Positions 54,500 through 64,000 of a DNA stretch of 64,000 nucleotides are shown piece after piece. The DNA is from an uncultured Gemmatimonadales bacterium. Its GTDB lineage: Bacteria > Gemmatimonadota > Gemmatimonadetes > Longimicrobiales > Gaopeijiaceae. The position numbers and the translations under genes are program-made. The notes beneath the pieces were generated by a model. The model made no database searches and was not told the DNA's origin. It saw only the letters and a program-made list of their open reading frames with translations. Numbering within the stretch: the stretch's first letter is position 1; every line of letters starts with the position of its first letter. Where the stretch lies: contig CAWGKG010000024.1 in assembly GCA_963823035.1 (NCBI GenBank), positions 26,936 to 90,935 of the forward strand, read 5' to 3'.

Positions 54500-55771
54500 T
54501 CACGTGGCCATCTCCCGCAGAGCCGTCACCAGAAGGTCCAGGTGTTCCATGCGCGTGAAGACGTTGGGTGCGATGCGTGCCCCCTGGTCGACCGCCACCG
54601 TGAAGATGCGGTACCGGTCCCAGAGCGCGTCCACGAGCGCGGCGGGCGTCATGCCCTCCACGAGCACGTTGGCGATGGCGCACGACTGGTCGTCGCCCAG
54701 GGGCGTGTTGATGTGGATGCCGGGAACGTCCTTCACCTCGCCCACCCACCGGTTCTTCAGGTAGCGCAGACGCGCCTCCTTGCGCGCACCGCCGATGGAC
54801 TCGTGGAAGCGTACGGCGTCGCGAATGGCCTGGTCGGTCCCCTGGGGGTGGGTGCCGATGTGATGGAGCTTCTCGACGTCGTCGCCGCGGGCGTTCGCAT
54901 CGCCCAACAGGGGCCAGACCTTCGCAATGTGCTCCTTCTTCACATAGAGGAGCCCCGTGCCCAGGGGGCACCCCAGCCACTTGTGGAGGCTGGAGCCCAG
55001 GTAGTCCGCCCCCAGGTCGGGGATCTTCCAGTCCAGATGGGCGAAGGAATGCGCCGCATCCACCACGACTTCGATCCCCCGGGCGTGGGCCATGTCGGCG
55101 ATGGCCCGCACCGGCAACACCTGCCCCGTGAGGTAGATCATGTGGGAGACGAGGATGTAGCGCGTGCGCGGCGTGATCGCCTGGGCGTAGGCCCGTACGA
55201 CCTCGTCCTGCGACGCGGGCAGCCAGGGCAGCTCGATGACCTTGTTCACCGTCCCGTAGCGCATGGCCCTCTGCTGCAGCGCCTCCTGCATGGAGGGATA
55301 CTCCCGCGAGGCGTACAAGACCTCTTCGCCCGCCTCCAGCGGTACGCCCTGGAGCACCACGTTGAGCGCCTCGGTGGTGTTGCGCACGAAGGTGAACTCG
55401 GCGGGGGACACGCCCGCGAACCGACCGAACATCTCCTTCAGGTCCTCGCGTTCCTGCGCCATGAGGCGGCGCATGTAGAACGAGGGGATCTGGTTCACGC
55501 GTCGGATGTTCTGGAGCTGGGCCTCCAGGACCGGATCGGCGGCGGGGCTGAAGAACCCGCTCTCCAGATTGATGAAGCCCGGGTCCTGGGTGTACGCCCG
55601 CTGGATCACCTCCCAGTACGGCTCGTCCCGGGCGATCTCCAGGGGAGGGCGGGCGCCGGCGATGCGCTCCAACTCCGGCGGCGCGAGCGCGGCCGACGAG
55701 AAGCGCGGGGTAGCCAGCGCGCCGAGGGTGGCACCGGCGGCGGTGCGGACGAACGTGCGGCGTGTGCTCAT
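54500..55771 (-). CDS. Tat-exported class V PLP aminotransferase (isopenicillin-N epimerase/desulfurase-like)
   Basis: MSTRRTFV twin-Arg signal; RNTTEALN; VDAAHSF; SSLHKWL (PLP lysine). Confidence 0.88.
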   Translation of the reverse strand: MSTRRTFVRTAAGATLGALATPRFSSAALAPPELERIAGARPPLEIARDEPYWEVIQRAYTQDPGFINLESGFFSPAADPVLEAQLQNIRRVNQIPSFYMRRLMAQEREDLKEMFGRFAGVSPAEFTFVRNTTEALNVVLQGVPLEAGEEVLYASREYPSMQEALQQRAMRYGTVNKVIELPWLPASQDEVVRAYAQAITPRTRYILVSHMIYLTGQVLPVRAIADMAHARGIEVVVDAAHSFAHLDWKIPDLGADYLGSSLHKWLGCPLGTGLLYVKKEHIAKVWPLLGDANARGDDVEKLHHIGTHPQGTDQAIRDAVRFHESIGGARKEARLRYLKNRWVGEVKDVPGIHINTPLGDDQSCAIANVLVEGMTPAALVDALWDRYRIFTVAVDQGARIAPNVFTRMEHLDLLVTALREMAT

Positions 55772-55994
55772 GGTCGTCCCTTGGTAGGAAGCCCTTCCGT
55801 CGAACGTATCAGGAGACCAGAAGGGAGCGCGGAACGCCACCCCCGCGCCTGCCGACCGCGCCGTTCCGCGCCTCCCGTCCGGCCCCGCGTCTCAACTCCG
55901 CCCCCCGCCCGTCCGACACTCGGTGAAGACCCCCCCAGGCCCAGACCGGTCGCGGCACGCGTCCGGACGCCTTCGGGCACGCATGGACGGTGGC

Positions 55995-57209
55995 ATGACA
56001 CGCATTCTCTTCGTCGACGACGAGCCGTACATCCTGGACGCCTTCCGCAACCTCTTCAGGAGGTGCCGGAAGGACTGGGTGACGGTATGCGCCACCGGGG
56101 GTGCCGAAGCGCTCGAGGCCCTGGCGGGTGAGCGGTTCGACATCGCCGTCTGCGACATGCGCATGCCGGGGATGGACGGCGCCGAGCTTCTGGGGCGGAT
56201 CCGGGAGGAGTACCCCCGCGTGGTGCGCATCGTGATGTCCGGTCAGGCGGAGCGGAGCCCGGTGATGCGGGCCCTCCCCTGCGCCCAGCAGTTCCTGAGC
56301 AAGCCGTGCGAGGTCGAGGAGCTGCGCCGCGTGATCGAGCGGGCCGCGAACCTCAGCCGCCTGCTCAACGACGAGGCGCTGCGGAGCGCGGTCGGCCGCC
56401 TGGACAAGCTGCCCTCCTCGGCGGCGACCTTCCATGAACTGTCGAGGCTGGCCTCCTCGCCGGACACGCGCATCGACGACATCGCGGACACCGTCACGAA
56501 CGACCCGGCGATGTCCGCGAAGGTCCTGCAACTGGTGAACTCCGCCTACTTCGGGCTCGCCCGCCCCAGCGCCTCGATCCGCCACGCGGTCTCGTACCTC
56601 GGCGTCGACCTCCTCAAGGGGCTGACGCTGACGGCGAGCGTGTTCGCGGCGATGGAGGACTCTCCGGTCGCAGGCTTCTCCATCGATGAGGTGCAACGGC
56701 ATTCGCTTCTCACGGCCCGCCTCGCGAAGCGCTTCCTCGCCGGGGGCCGCATGGCCGAGTCCGCCTTCACGGCCGGGCTGATGCACGACATCGGCAAGAT
56801 CATCCTCGCGCTCGGCGCACCCGAGCGCACGACCGAGGTCCTGGAGGAGGTGCGCCGCAGCCCGCGCCCCTGGCACGTGATCGAGAAGGAGCGCTTCGGC
56901 GTGACGCACGCCGAGGTCGGCGCCTACCTCCTCGGCGCGTGGGGGCTGCCTTACCACGTGGTCGAGGCCGTGGCGTACCACCACACGCCAACCGGTGTCG
57001 AGGGGGACGGTGTGGACGTCCTCGCGGCCGTGCACGTTGCCGACGCCCTGGTGGAGTCGCGCAACAACGAGCCCGACGCGGGCATGGACACCATCGACGT
57101 GGCGTTCCTCGAGGCGACCGGCCACGCCGGCGACCTCGACGCATGGCGGGATGTCGCCGCGCGGGAGCTCGAGGAGCTCGAGGCGCTCGAGGCGCTCGAG
57201 GCATCATGA
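55995..57209 (+). CDS. Response regulator with HDOD domain
   Basis: RILFVDDE, CDMRMPGMDG, FLSKPC; DPAMSAKVLQLVNSAYFG, AGLMHDIGK, HAEVGAYLLGAWGLP. Confidence 0.92.
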   Translation: MTRILFVDDEPYILDAFRNLFRRCRKDWVTVCATGGAEALEALAGERFDIAVCDMRMPGMDGAELLGRIREEYPRVVRIVMSGQAERSPVMRALPCAQQFLSKPCEVEELRRVIERAANLSRLLNDEALRSAVGRLDKLPSSAATFHELSRLASSPDTRIDDIADTVTNDPAMSAKVLQLVNSAYFGLARPSASIRHAVSYLGVDLLKGLTLTASVFAAMEDSPVAGFSIDEVQRHSLLTARLAKRFLAGGRMAESAFTAGLMHDIGKIILALGAPERTTEVLEEVRRSPRPWHVIEKERFGVTHAEVGAYLLGAWGLPYHVVEAVAYHHTPTGVEGDGVDVLAAVHVADALVESRNNEPDAGMDTIDVAFLEATGHAGDLDAWRDVAARELEELEALEALEAS

Positions 57210-59512
57210 GCCCGGACCTCTGGCACACGCACGGACTCGAGCCTCGCGCGGAGTGGAAGCCACGCAAGAAGGGCGAAGCGCGTGCCGACGAGCTGTACCG
57301 GGAGAACCTGGCGGAGGTGTACCGGGGGAGGGACCGCCTCTTCACGGTGGTCATGGCCATCCAGTGGGTCTTCGGCGTCGCCCTGGCGCTCCATGACAGA
57401 CGGGGGGGCTCGCCCGCGGGCGTGCCGGGCGTCCCCGCCGGGATCACGATCGCGCTCGCCACGATGCTCAGCGGTGGCGTCATGGTGGCCACCACCCGCT
57501 ATCCCGGCCGCACGTGGACCCGCCACGTCGTGGCCGTCGGCCAGATGGGGTGGTCGGCCTTGATCACCATGCTGTTGCACGGTCGGATCGAAGCGCACTT
57601 CCACGTCTTCGGCGGACTGGCGCTCCTGGCCTTCTACCGCGACGGGCGCGTGCTCCTCACGGCAACCGTGGTGGCCACGGCCGGCCACCTCGTCCAGGGG
57701 GCCCTGTGGCCCGCGACCGCCTACGGGGTGGTCGCGGCCACACAGCTCCGCTTCCTGGAGCACGCCGTCTGGATCGTGTTCGCGGACCTCGGGCTCGCCC
57801 TGGGGATGCGGGAGCAGCACCGCGAGATGCGCACCCTGGCGCGCCGCCAAGCGGAGACGGAGGCGCTGAACGCCTCGATCGAGCAGAAGGTGGAGCGGCG
57901 GACCCGCGAGCTGGAGGCGAGCAGGGAGCAGTACCGCGGCCTCATCGAGTCCACGCATTCGATCCCCTGGCAGATCGACTGCGCCACGTGGGGCTTCGTG
58001 TACGTCGGGCCGCAGGCGGCCATCCTGCTCGGGTGCGCGCCCGCCGACTGGCTCGATCCCGACTTCTGGGCCAACCGCGTGCACCCCCACGACCGCGCCC
58101 GGGTGGAAGAGCAGCACCGCGAGGCCGCCGCGTCCGGGAGCCACGTCGAGGCGGAGTTCCGCATGCTCAGGGCGGACGGCTCCTGGGTCTGGGTACGCAG
58201 CGTGGCGAGTCCGACGCGCGAGGGTGGCCGGGTCACCCTCAACGGGTTTGTCATCGACGTGACGGAGCGCCACCATTCGGAGGAGCAGCTCGCCGCCGCG
58301 CAGCGCCGCCTGAAGCACGCGATGGCCTCGAGCAGCACGATCATCTACAAGCTGCGCATCGCGGACGCCTCGCTCCAATGGATGAGCGACAACGTGACGC
58401 GCATCCTCGGCTACGACGTCGAAGAGGCGCTCGCCCCGGGATGGTGGGTGCGCAACATCCATCCGGACGACAAGGGCCGGCTGCTGCGCGCCGCGGACCA
58501 CCTGACGAAGGACGACACGCTCGAGTACCGGATGAAGAACAGGAACGGCGAGTACCGGTGGATCCGCGACGACCAGCGCGTGCTGCTCGACGGGGACGGC
58601 GCGCCCGACCTCATCGTGGGCGCGTTCACGGACGTGACGGAGAAGCGCTACCTGGAGGCGGAGCTCCAGCAGTCGCAGAAGCTCGAGGCGGTGGGAAGGC
58701 TGGCGTCCGGGATCGCCCACGAGATCAACACCCCCGTACAGTTCGTGACGGACAGCGTGGTGTTCGTGCGCGAGGCCTTCGAGGACCTGGCGCCCCTACG
58801 GGAGCGGTACAGCCAAGCCCTCAGGCGCTGCGCCGAGCGCGATCCCCGCTTCGCCGAGGCATGGCTGGAGCTCGAGCGTGAGGGCATCGACCTGGACGTG
58901 GCCTACCTGCAGGAGCAGGTGCCGAAGGCGCTGGAGCGCTCCCTCGAGGGGCTCGAGCGCATCGCGGCGATCGTGCGGTCGATGAAGGAGTTCGCGCATC
59001 CGGACCAGGAGGAGATGCTCGACGCCGACCTCAACCACGCGCTTTCGACCACCCTTACGATCGCCCGCAACGAGTACAAGTACCTGGCGGACGTCGAGAC
59101 GGATTTCGGCGACATCCCGCTCGTGCCCTGCCACGTGAACGAGCTCAATCAGGTGTTCCTGAACGTCCTGGTCAACGCGGCCCGCGCGATCGCCGATCGC
59201 CTCGACGGCGGCGAGGGGAGCGGTCGTATCACCCTGTCGACGCGCGTCGAGGACGGATGCGTGCTGGTGTCGATCTCGGACGACGGGTGCGGCATCCCCG
59301 AGTCCATGCACGCCAGCATCTTCGATCCCTTCTTCACCACGAAGGAACCCGGGCGCGGCACCGGACAGGGGCTCGCCATCGCGCGCGCCGTGGTGGTGGA
59401 GAAGCACGGTGGCCGGCTGACGTTCGAGAGCGCGATCGGTGAGGGCACCACCTTCCACATCCGGCTGCCGATCGCGCGCGACGCGGTGGGGGAGGGGGAG
59501 GTGGCGGCATGA
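57206..59512 (+). CDS. Membrane sensor histidine kinase with two PAS/PAC domains
   Basis: Multi-TM N-terminus; VHPHDR and IHPDDK PAS motifs; QKLEAVGRLASGIAHEINTP; QVFLNVLVNA; DDGCGI; DPFFTTK; GTGQGL. Confidence 0.92.
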   Translation: MSPDLWHTHGLEPRAEWKPRKKGEARADELYRENLAEVYRGRDRLFTVVMAIQWVFGVALALHDRRGGSPAGVPGVPAGITIALATMLSGGVMVATTRYPGRTWTRHVVAVGQMGWSALITMLLHGRIEAHFHVFGGLALLAFYRDGRVLLTATVVATAGHLVQGALWPATAYGVVAATQLRFLEHAVWIVFADLGLALGMREQHREMRTLARRQAETEALNASIEQKVERRTRELEASREQYRGLIESTHSIPWQIDCATWGFVYVGPQAAILLGCAPADWLDPDFWANRVHPHDRARVEEQHREAAASGSHVEAEFRMLRADGSWVWVRSVASPTREGGRVTLNGFVIDVTERHHSEEQLAAAQRRLKHAMASSSTIIYKLRIADASLQWMSDNVTRILGYDVEEALAPGWWVRNIHPDDKGRLLRAADHLTKDDTLEYRMKNRNGEYRWIRDDQRVLLDGDGAPDLIVGAFTDVTEKRYLEAELQQSQKLEAVGRLASGIAHEINTPVQFVTDSVVFVREAFEDLAPLRERYSQALRRCAERDPRFAEAWLELEREGIDLDVAYLQEQVPKALERSLEGLERIAAIVRSMKEFAHPDQEEMLDADLNHALSTTLTIARNEYKYLADVETDFGDIPLVPCHVNELNQVFLNVLVNAARAIADRLDGGEGSGRITLSTRVEDGCVLVSISDDGCGIPESMHASIFDPFFTTKEPGRGTGQGLAIARAVVVEKHGGRLTFESAIGEGTTFHIRLPIARDAVGEGEVAA

Positions 59513-60651
59513 GCCAGCTCCGGGTCCTGTGCGTCGACGACGAGCCGCTCGTGCTCGAGGGGCTGACGCTGCACCTGCGCCGGCGGTACACGGTGCACAC
59601 CGCCACGAGCGGAGCGGAGGGAATCGAGTTGCTGCGGTCCCTCGGCGACACGGGGGTGATCATCTCCGACATGCGCATGCCGCGCATGGACGGCGCGACC
59701 TTCCTCCGCGATTCGTGCCAGGTCGCGCCCGACGCGACGCGTATCCTCCTGACGGGGCACACCGACCTGGACGCGGCCATCCGGGCCGTGAACGACGGGC
59801 AGATCTTCCGCCTGCTCATGAAGCCGTGCCCGCCCGCCAAGCTCCTGGAGGCGGTGGACCTCGCGGCCGACCAGCACCGGCTCGTCACGTCCGAGCGCGT
59901 GCTTCTGCAGCGCACGCTGCACGGCAGCATCGCCACGCTCGTCGACGTCCTCGCGCTCACCAGCCCGGCCGAATTCGGTCGCGCCACGCGCGTGAAGCAG
60001 ACCGTGACCGCGCTCGCGGACGCCCTGGGGATGGAGGCGCGCTGGCAGGTGGAGGTCGCCGCGATGCTCTCTCAACTGGGCTACGTCTCCCTGCCGCCCG
60101 AGGTCGCGAGGAAGTTGCGTGAGGGACAACCGCTCGCCGACGCCGAGGCGAAGATCGTCGAGCGGGCTCCGGAGATCACGGAGCGCCTGCTGGCCAACAT
60201 CCCCCGGATCGAGGCCGTTCGGGCGATGCTGGCCCGCTTTTCGGGCACACCGCTCCCGCAGGACCTCACGGCCCTGGGCGCGAACGACCTCGTGCGGAGG
60301 GGTGCCCAGATGCTCAGGGTCGCCACCGACTTCGACATCCTGTCGTCGCAGGGAACGGCGCCGCCCGAGGCCATCGCAGTGATGCGCGGGCGGGGGGAGG
60401 CGTACGACCGCGTCGTCCTGGAGGCCCTCGCGGAGTTCCAGGGGTCGGACATCGCCGTCGGGCGCATGCGCGAGCTCCCGCTGACGGCCCTCGGGGTCGG
60501 GATGGTCCTCGCGGAGGACGTATACCTGACCACGGGGACGCTCCTCGCCGCGCGCGGCTACGAGATCACGCTCGGCTTCGTGGAGCGCGCCCGCAACTTC
60601 AGCCCGGGCATGGTCAAGGAGCCCGTCCGCGTCATCCTGAAAGGAGCTTGA
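59509..60651 (+). CDS. Response regulator with degenerate HD/HD-GYP-like output domain
   Basis: VLCVDDE, SDMRMP, KP; output has AAMLSQLG where HD-GYP proteins have LHDIG, and no GYP motif. Confidence 0.85.
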   Translation: MSQLRVLCVDDEPLVLEGLTLHLRRRYTVHTATSGAEGIELLRSLGDTGVIISDMRMPRMDGATFLRDSCQVAPDATRILLTGHTDLDAAIRAVNDGQIFRLLMKPCPPAKLLEAVDLAADQHRLVTSERVLLQRTLHGSIATLVDVLALTSPAEFGRATRVKQTVTALADALGMEARWQVEVAAMLSQLGYVSLPPEVARKLREGQPLADAEAKIVERAPEITERLLANIPRIEAVRAMLARFSGTPLPQDLTALGANDLVRRGAQMLRVATDFDILSSQGTAPPEAIAVMRGRGEAYDRVVLEALAEFQGSDIAVGRMRELPLTALGVGMVLAEDVYLTTGTLLAARGYEITLGFVERARNFSPGMVKEPVRVILKGA

Positions 60652-60856
60652 GCCGAGGACGGGACCCCCTCAGGGCGGCTCCCGACCCGACCGATACGGG
60701 AGTTCAGCGCCGGGGTCCTGCCCGCCTCGGCGCAACGCCCGCCCATGCCCCACGGGTGCTCGCGCGGCCCCGTGGATTGACGACGGTGGGGCGCGTCGGT
60801 ATCTCACGGGGGTACCGGAACCCACGGTGTGTTCGACCGCCGAGTGGTGAACCATC

Positions 60857-62830
60857 ATGATGTGGCGTATAGCCTCGCCCGAGCGACCCATCGGCCGCAT
60901 CGGCGGCGATGTAGATAGAGAGCGTTTTCCCTCCCGAACCCCCGGCAGCCGCCCCCCCGGCGCCGACCGCAACCGCTGGGCGCGGGTCCTACGCGCACCC
61001 GCGCGCCTGGGCACCGCCGGCGCCCTCGCTCTGGCCATCCTGAGCTGCGGGGATGCCACCGATCCGCTTCCCGATCCCGATGTCACCGAAGACCCCTTCA
61101 CCTTCGAAACGATCGGGGGACCGCTCACCAACGCCCGCCTGCATGGGATCTGGTCGCAGGGAGCCAACATCGTCGCGGTGGGCTTCGGGACCATTCTGCG
61201 GTCTCCGGACGGAGGCGGGACGTGGTCGGAGACCGGGACCGAGCTCCTCAATGGCGTGTGGGGCCAGGGATCCCTGGTGCTGGCGGTGGGGGACGGGGGC
61301 GGGATCCGGCGCTCGACCGACGCCGGCGAGAGCTGGTCCGACGTGAGCAGCGGCCTGTCCAACCTCTACGGCGTCTGGGGAGACGACTCCACCGTGGTCG
61401 CGGTGGGCGCGCAAGGGGTGATGGGGAGGATCATCCGCTCGACGGACGGCGGCCTCACCTGGACTCAAGTGGATCAGGTTCCCCCCGACCCCCTCCTGCA
61501 TCGTCTCTGGGCGGTCTGGGGCGAGGGGCAGACGTGGGTGGCGGTGGGGATCCAGGGAAGCATCGTCCGGTCCACCGACGGTGGCGAGAGTTGGACCGAG
61601 GCGCGCCCGCAGGAGGAGGGGGCGGACGCCCTCCAAGCGGTATGGGGTCGGGACTCCACGGTGGTGGCGGTGGGAGGCGGCGGTACCATCCTGCGTTCGG
61701 TGGACGGCGGCGCCACCTGGGATCCGATGGACAGCGGGACGCCCGAGGAGCTCTACGGCCTGTGGGGCGAGGGACCCCTGGTCCTGGCGGTGGGAACCCG
61801 CGGAACGATCGTGCGCTCGACGGACGGGGGCGAAAGTTGGGTAGCCACTACCGATGAGCATGCCCACCTGAAAGCCGTCTGGGGCGAAGGCGCGTCGGTG
61901 TTGGCGGTGGGCAATCCGGTGCTCGAGGAGGCCGGGTCGGGGCCGACCATCCTGCGCTCGACGGACGGCGGTGAGACCTGGGTGACCCTGGTGGACCCGG
62001 GCCCCTTCCTTCAAGCCGTATGGGGCCAGGACGATCGGGTGCTGGGGGTGGGGGGGAGCGGCACCCTGGTGCGCTCGACGGACGGGGGCGCGACCTGGAG
62101 CCGGAGTGACCTGGGCGCCGGCGGCCTCGGCGGCGTGTGGGGTGAGGGACCGCGTGCGGTGGCGGTGGGCGGAGACGGTACGATCCTGCGCTCCACCGAC
62201 GGCGGCGAGCACTGGGACGCCGTGGCCGGACCGAGTGCCGACCTGAATGCCGTCTGGGGCGAGGGTTCGCAAGTGGTGGCGGTAGGGTGGGAAGCCATCC
62301 TGCGCTCGACGGACGGGGGCGCCACCTGGAGCCGCGTGAACAGCCCCACGGCCACGGGCCTGTATGCCGTCTGGGGCGAGGGCTCGGTGGTCGTGGCGGT
62401 GGGGTCTCGCGTGGTCCCCTACCCGCCGGCGGCGGTCATCCTGCGCTCGACGGATGGTGGTGCCACCTGGACCGAGTTGACCGACCCCGCGGTCATCCCG
62501 GCGGGCAGCACCCTGGAAGCCGTCTGGGGCTCGGGCTCGGTGATGGTGACGGCCGGGAACTGGGGCACGATCCTGCGCTCCGCCGACCGGGGCGCGTCCT
62601 GGGAGATCGTCGAGGGCGCGGAGGATCTCGGGCAGGTGACGGGCTTCGCCGGCCTGGACCGAACCCTGGTGGCGGTGACCTTCAGCGGCATTCTGGTGTC
62701 CACCGATCTCGGGCTCACCTGGTCCCCGCAGCCTACCGCGCCCGACCGGCCCCTGGTGGCCGTGACGATGCCCGACGAGCACACGGTGGTGGCGGTGGGC
62801 CCCGGGGTGATCACCCGCGGGCGGCGCTGA
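60857..62830 (+). CDS. BNR/Asp-box (Ycf48-like) repeat beta-propeller lipoprotein (true start may be downstream)
   Basis: Lipobox AILSC; 14 repeats of LxAVWGxGxxVVAVGxxGTILRSTDGGxTW, the last two degenerate. Confidence 0.85.
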   Translation: MMWRIASPERPIGRIGGDVDRERFPSRTPGSRPPGADRNRWARVLRAPARLGTAGALALAILSCGDATDPLPDPDVTEDPFTFETIGGPLTNARLHGIWSQGANIVAVGFGTILRSPDGGGTWSETGTELLNGVWGQGSLVLAVGDGGGIRRSTDAGESWSDVSSGLSNLYGVWGDDSTVVAVGAQGVMGRIIRSTDGGLTWTQVDQVPPDPLLHRLWAVWGEGQTWVAVGIQGSIVRSTDGGESWTEARPQEEGADALQAVWGRDSTVVAVGGGGTILRSVDGGATWDPMDSGTPEELYGLWGEGPLVLAVGTRGTIVRSTDGGESWVATTDEHAHLKAVWGEGASVLAVGNPVLEEAGSGPTILRSTDGGETWVTLVDPGPFLQAVWGQDDRVLGVGGSGTLVRSTDGGATWSRSDLGAGGLGGVWGEGPRAVAVGGDGTILRSTDGGEHWDAVAGPSADLNAVWGEGSQVVAVGWEAILRSTDGGATWSRVNSPTATGLYAVWGEGSVVVAVGSRVVPYPPAAVILRSTDGGATWTELTDPAVIPAGSTLEAVWGSGSVMVTAGNWGTILRSADRGASWEIVEGAEDLGQVTGFAGLDRTLVAVTFSGILVSTDLGLTWSPQPTAPDRPLVAVTMPDEHTVVAVGPGVITRGRR

Positions 62831-62880
62831 CGTGGATGGCGTCCTCGTCGTAGCGCTTCCGGGGAGACATCGATTGCGCG

Positions 62881-63053
62881 CGGACGCTGGAGGCGGCCCT
62901 CACCCTCGCCCGCACGCAGCTGGGTGCCATCTGGCCCCTCGAGGTCGACGACGCCGTCATGGCTCAGTCGCTCGCGACGGTCCACCCCGGCTGAGCGCGC
63001 GTGACCTCATGCACCTGGCGTGCTGCAAGCGCCGAGACGTGGAACGTGTGAAG
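62881..63053 (+). pseudogene. Remnant of a VapC/PIN-domain toxin gene
   Basis: Hand translation across one frameshift: RTLEAALTLARTQLGAIWPLEVDDAVMAQSLATVHPG/LSARDLMHLACCKRRDVERVK. The N-terminal D motif and C-terminal TFD are missing. Confidence 0.6.
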
Positions 63054-63063
63054 TGGGCGCCGC

Positions 63064-63618
63064 TCAGCCGGTGGCCATTCCCAGGAGGCCGGCAGCTCGA
63101 AGCACAGATGCCCGTTCGAGGCTCAGCGGCGTCGGCTCCGAGAACTCGAGCGCATCCCCCACGCGGCCGGTGAAGAGCACGACCGTGTGCCAGTCGCCCC
63201 AGAAGCCCGACCACCAGCGTAGGCCATCGCCGCCGCGATCCCACGCCGTGCGGGCGATGGGCTGGGTGCGCTCGCGCAGCCGCGAGGCGGTGACGTCGGG
63301 TCGGACGGCAAGGTCTTCCAGGACCGCGGGATCGCAGAGATCGACGAGTCGCGCCGTCTCGGGGATCTCTACGCGCGCAATGGCCAGCGGATGCCCGGCC
63401 CGTTCCAGGTGAGCGGCCGTCAGGCGACCGCCGCGCCAGGGGTGGAGCAGCTCCGCAACCGCATGCTCCTCCGATTCGGCGAGGTAGAGCACCGGCGAGA
63501 GGTCCCGAGGAAGGTCGAACCGCCCCCGCCCGGTCGTGCCGTGAACGAACGAAGGTGAAAACCGCGCGCCTTCCGCCGCGCGGGAGTCCCAGGGAAAGAC
63601 CCGCCAGAGCTCAGGCAC
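63064..63618 (-). CDS. RES-domain toxin
   Basis: LWRV..GRFD..VLYLAES..AVAE..DL..TQPIA..GLRWWS (R, E, S conserved). Confidence 0.85.
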   Translation of the reverse strand: MPELWRVFPWDSRAAEGARFSPSFVHGTTGRGRFDLPRDLSPVLYLAESEEHAVAELLHPWRGGRLTAAHLERAGHPLAIARVEIPETARLVDLCDPAVLEDLAVRPDVTASRLRERTQPIARTAWDRGGDGLRWWSGFWGDWHTVVLFTGRVGDALEFSEPTPLSLERASVLRAAGLLGMATG

Positions 63619-63636
63619 GAGCCCCTGCCGAGGCGA

Positions 63637-63981
63637 TCACGCGTACACGCCGGCCTTCTCGGCCTCGATGGCCCCGATGACGTCGGCCACCTGACCCGAG
63701 CGGATCAGGTAGGCAGGAGACCGGCCAGACAGATGGGCATTGGGGCCGTGGAGCCAGCCCTCGACCGCCTCGAGCGCAAACCACCGAACCGCCATCTCCA
63801 GGACCAGCGCAAGGCCCCCGAGTCGATCGGCGTTGTCCAGATCCGGCATCTGTCCACCCCGCCATCGCGTAATCTGAGACGGAGAGACATCCAGCACTCC
63901 CGCCACCGCTCGATCCGTGCGGAGCACGGCGCGGCACGTGGCCAGGTGTTGTTGGACGGCGGATTCAAGGACAGCGAACAC
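63637..63981 (-). CDS. Xre/MbcA/ParS-type antitoxin (HTH + DUF2384-like C-terminus)
   Basis: GGAGGG RBS; VAGVLDVSPSQITRW HTH; WLHGPNAHLSGRSPAYLI; directly upstream of the RES gene. Confidence 0.85.
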   Translation of the reverse strand: MFAVLESAVQQHLATCRAVLRTDRAVAGVLDVSPSQITRWRGGQMPDLDNADRLGGLALVLEMAVRWFALEAVEGWLHGPNAHLSGRSPAYLIRSGQVADVIGAIEAEKAGVYA

Positions 63982-64000
63982 GAAGCCCTCCAGCGCAATG

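Noticed and set aside
57165..57203. 9-bp tandem repeat (GCGCTCGAG-like)
   Set aside because: Short coding low-complexity tail (ELEELEALEALEA); no sign of a separate function.
61130..62720. Regularly spaced DNA repeats resembling a CRISPR array
   Set aside because: They are degenerate, in frame, and encode BNR propeller blades; no cas genes.

Overview
This is a very GC-rich bacterial window. The gene repertoire (PadR plus duplicated 'ADOP-type' permease, TolB-propeller amidohydrolase, Big_2 lipoproteins) suggests Gemmatimonadota or a similar lineage, by inference only. Most genes between ~0 and 43 kb carry 1-bp frameshifts that look like long-read assembly errors, so I rebuilt gene models by joining frames and their coordinates are approximate. 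The main discovery is two divergent paralogous copies of one minus-strand operon of very large, signal-peptide-less, uncharacterised proteins, many of them translationally coupled. Copy 1 (<1-11276, running off the left edge) is PhoD-like phosphoesterase > DUF6603 protein (A) > conserved protein B > conserved protein C. Copy 2 (27641-43226) is a modular unknown protein > A > B > C > D. The core keeps its order and motifs while the lead gene is unrelated between copies, which suggests a conserved multi-subunit chassis with an exchangeable enzymatic cargo. Between the copies lie a HerA/FtsK-like ATPase, a DUF481 barrel, a CBS protein, an amidase, aqpZ, a double-fasciclin lipoprotein with a CarH/LitR-like operator, an orphan tyrosine recombinase, a pseudo-aspartyl-protease/PadR/permease operon with a 15-bp palindromic operator, and a TolB-amidohydrolase. 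The right part holds surface lipoproteins, an ECF sigma/anti-sigma/Spy-like module, DUF2207, a decayed histidine kinase, a Tat-exported PLP enzyme, an HDOD/HK/HD signalling operon, a 14-blade BNR propeller lipoprotein, a VapC remnant and a RES-Xre toxin-antitoxin pair. I saw no rRNA, tRNA or CRISPR array.
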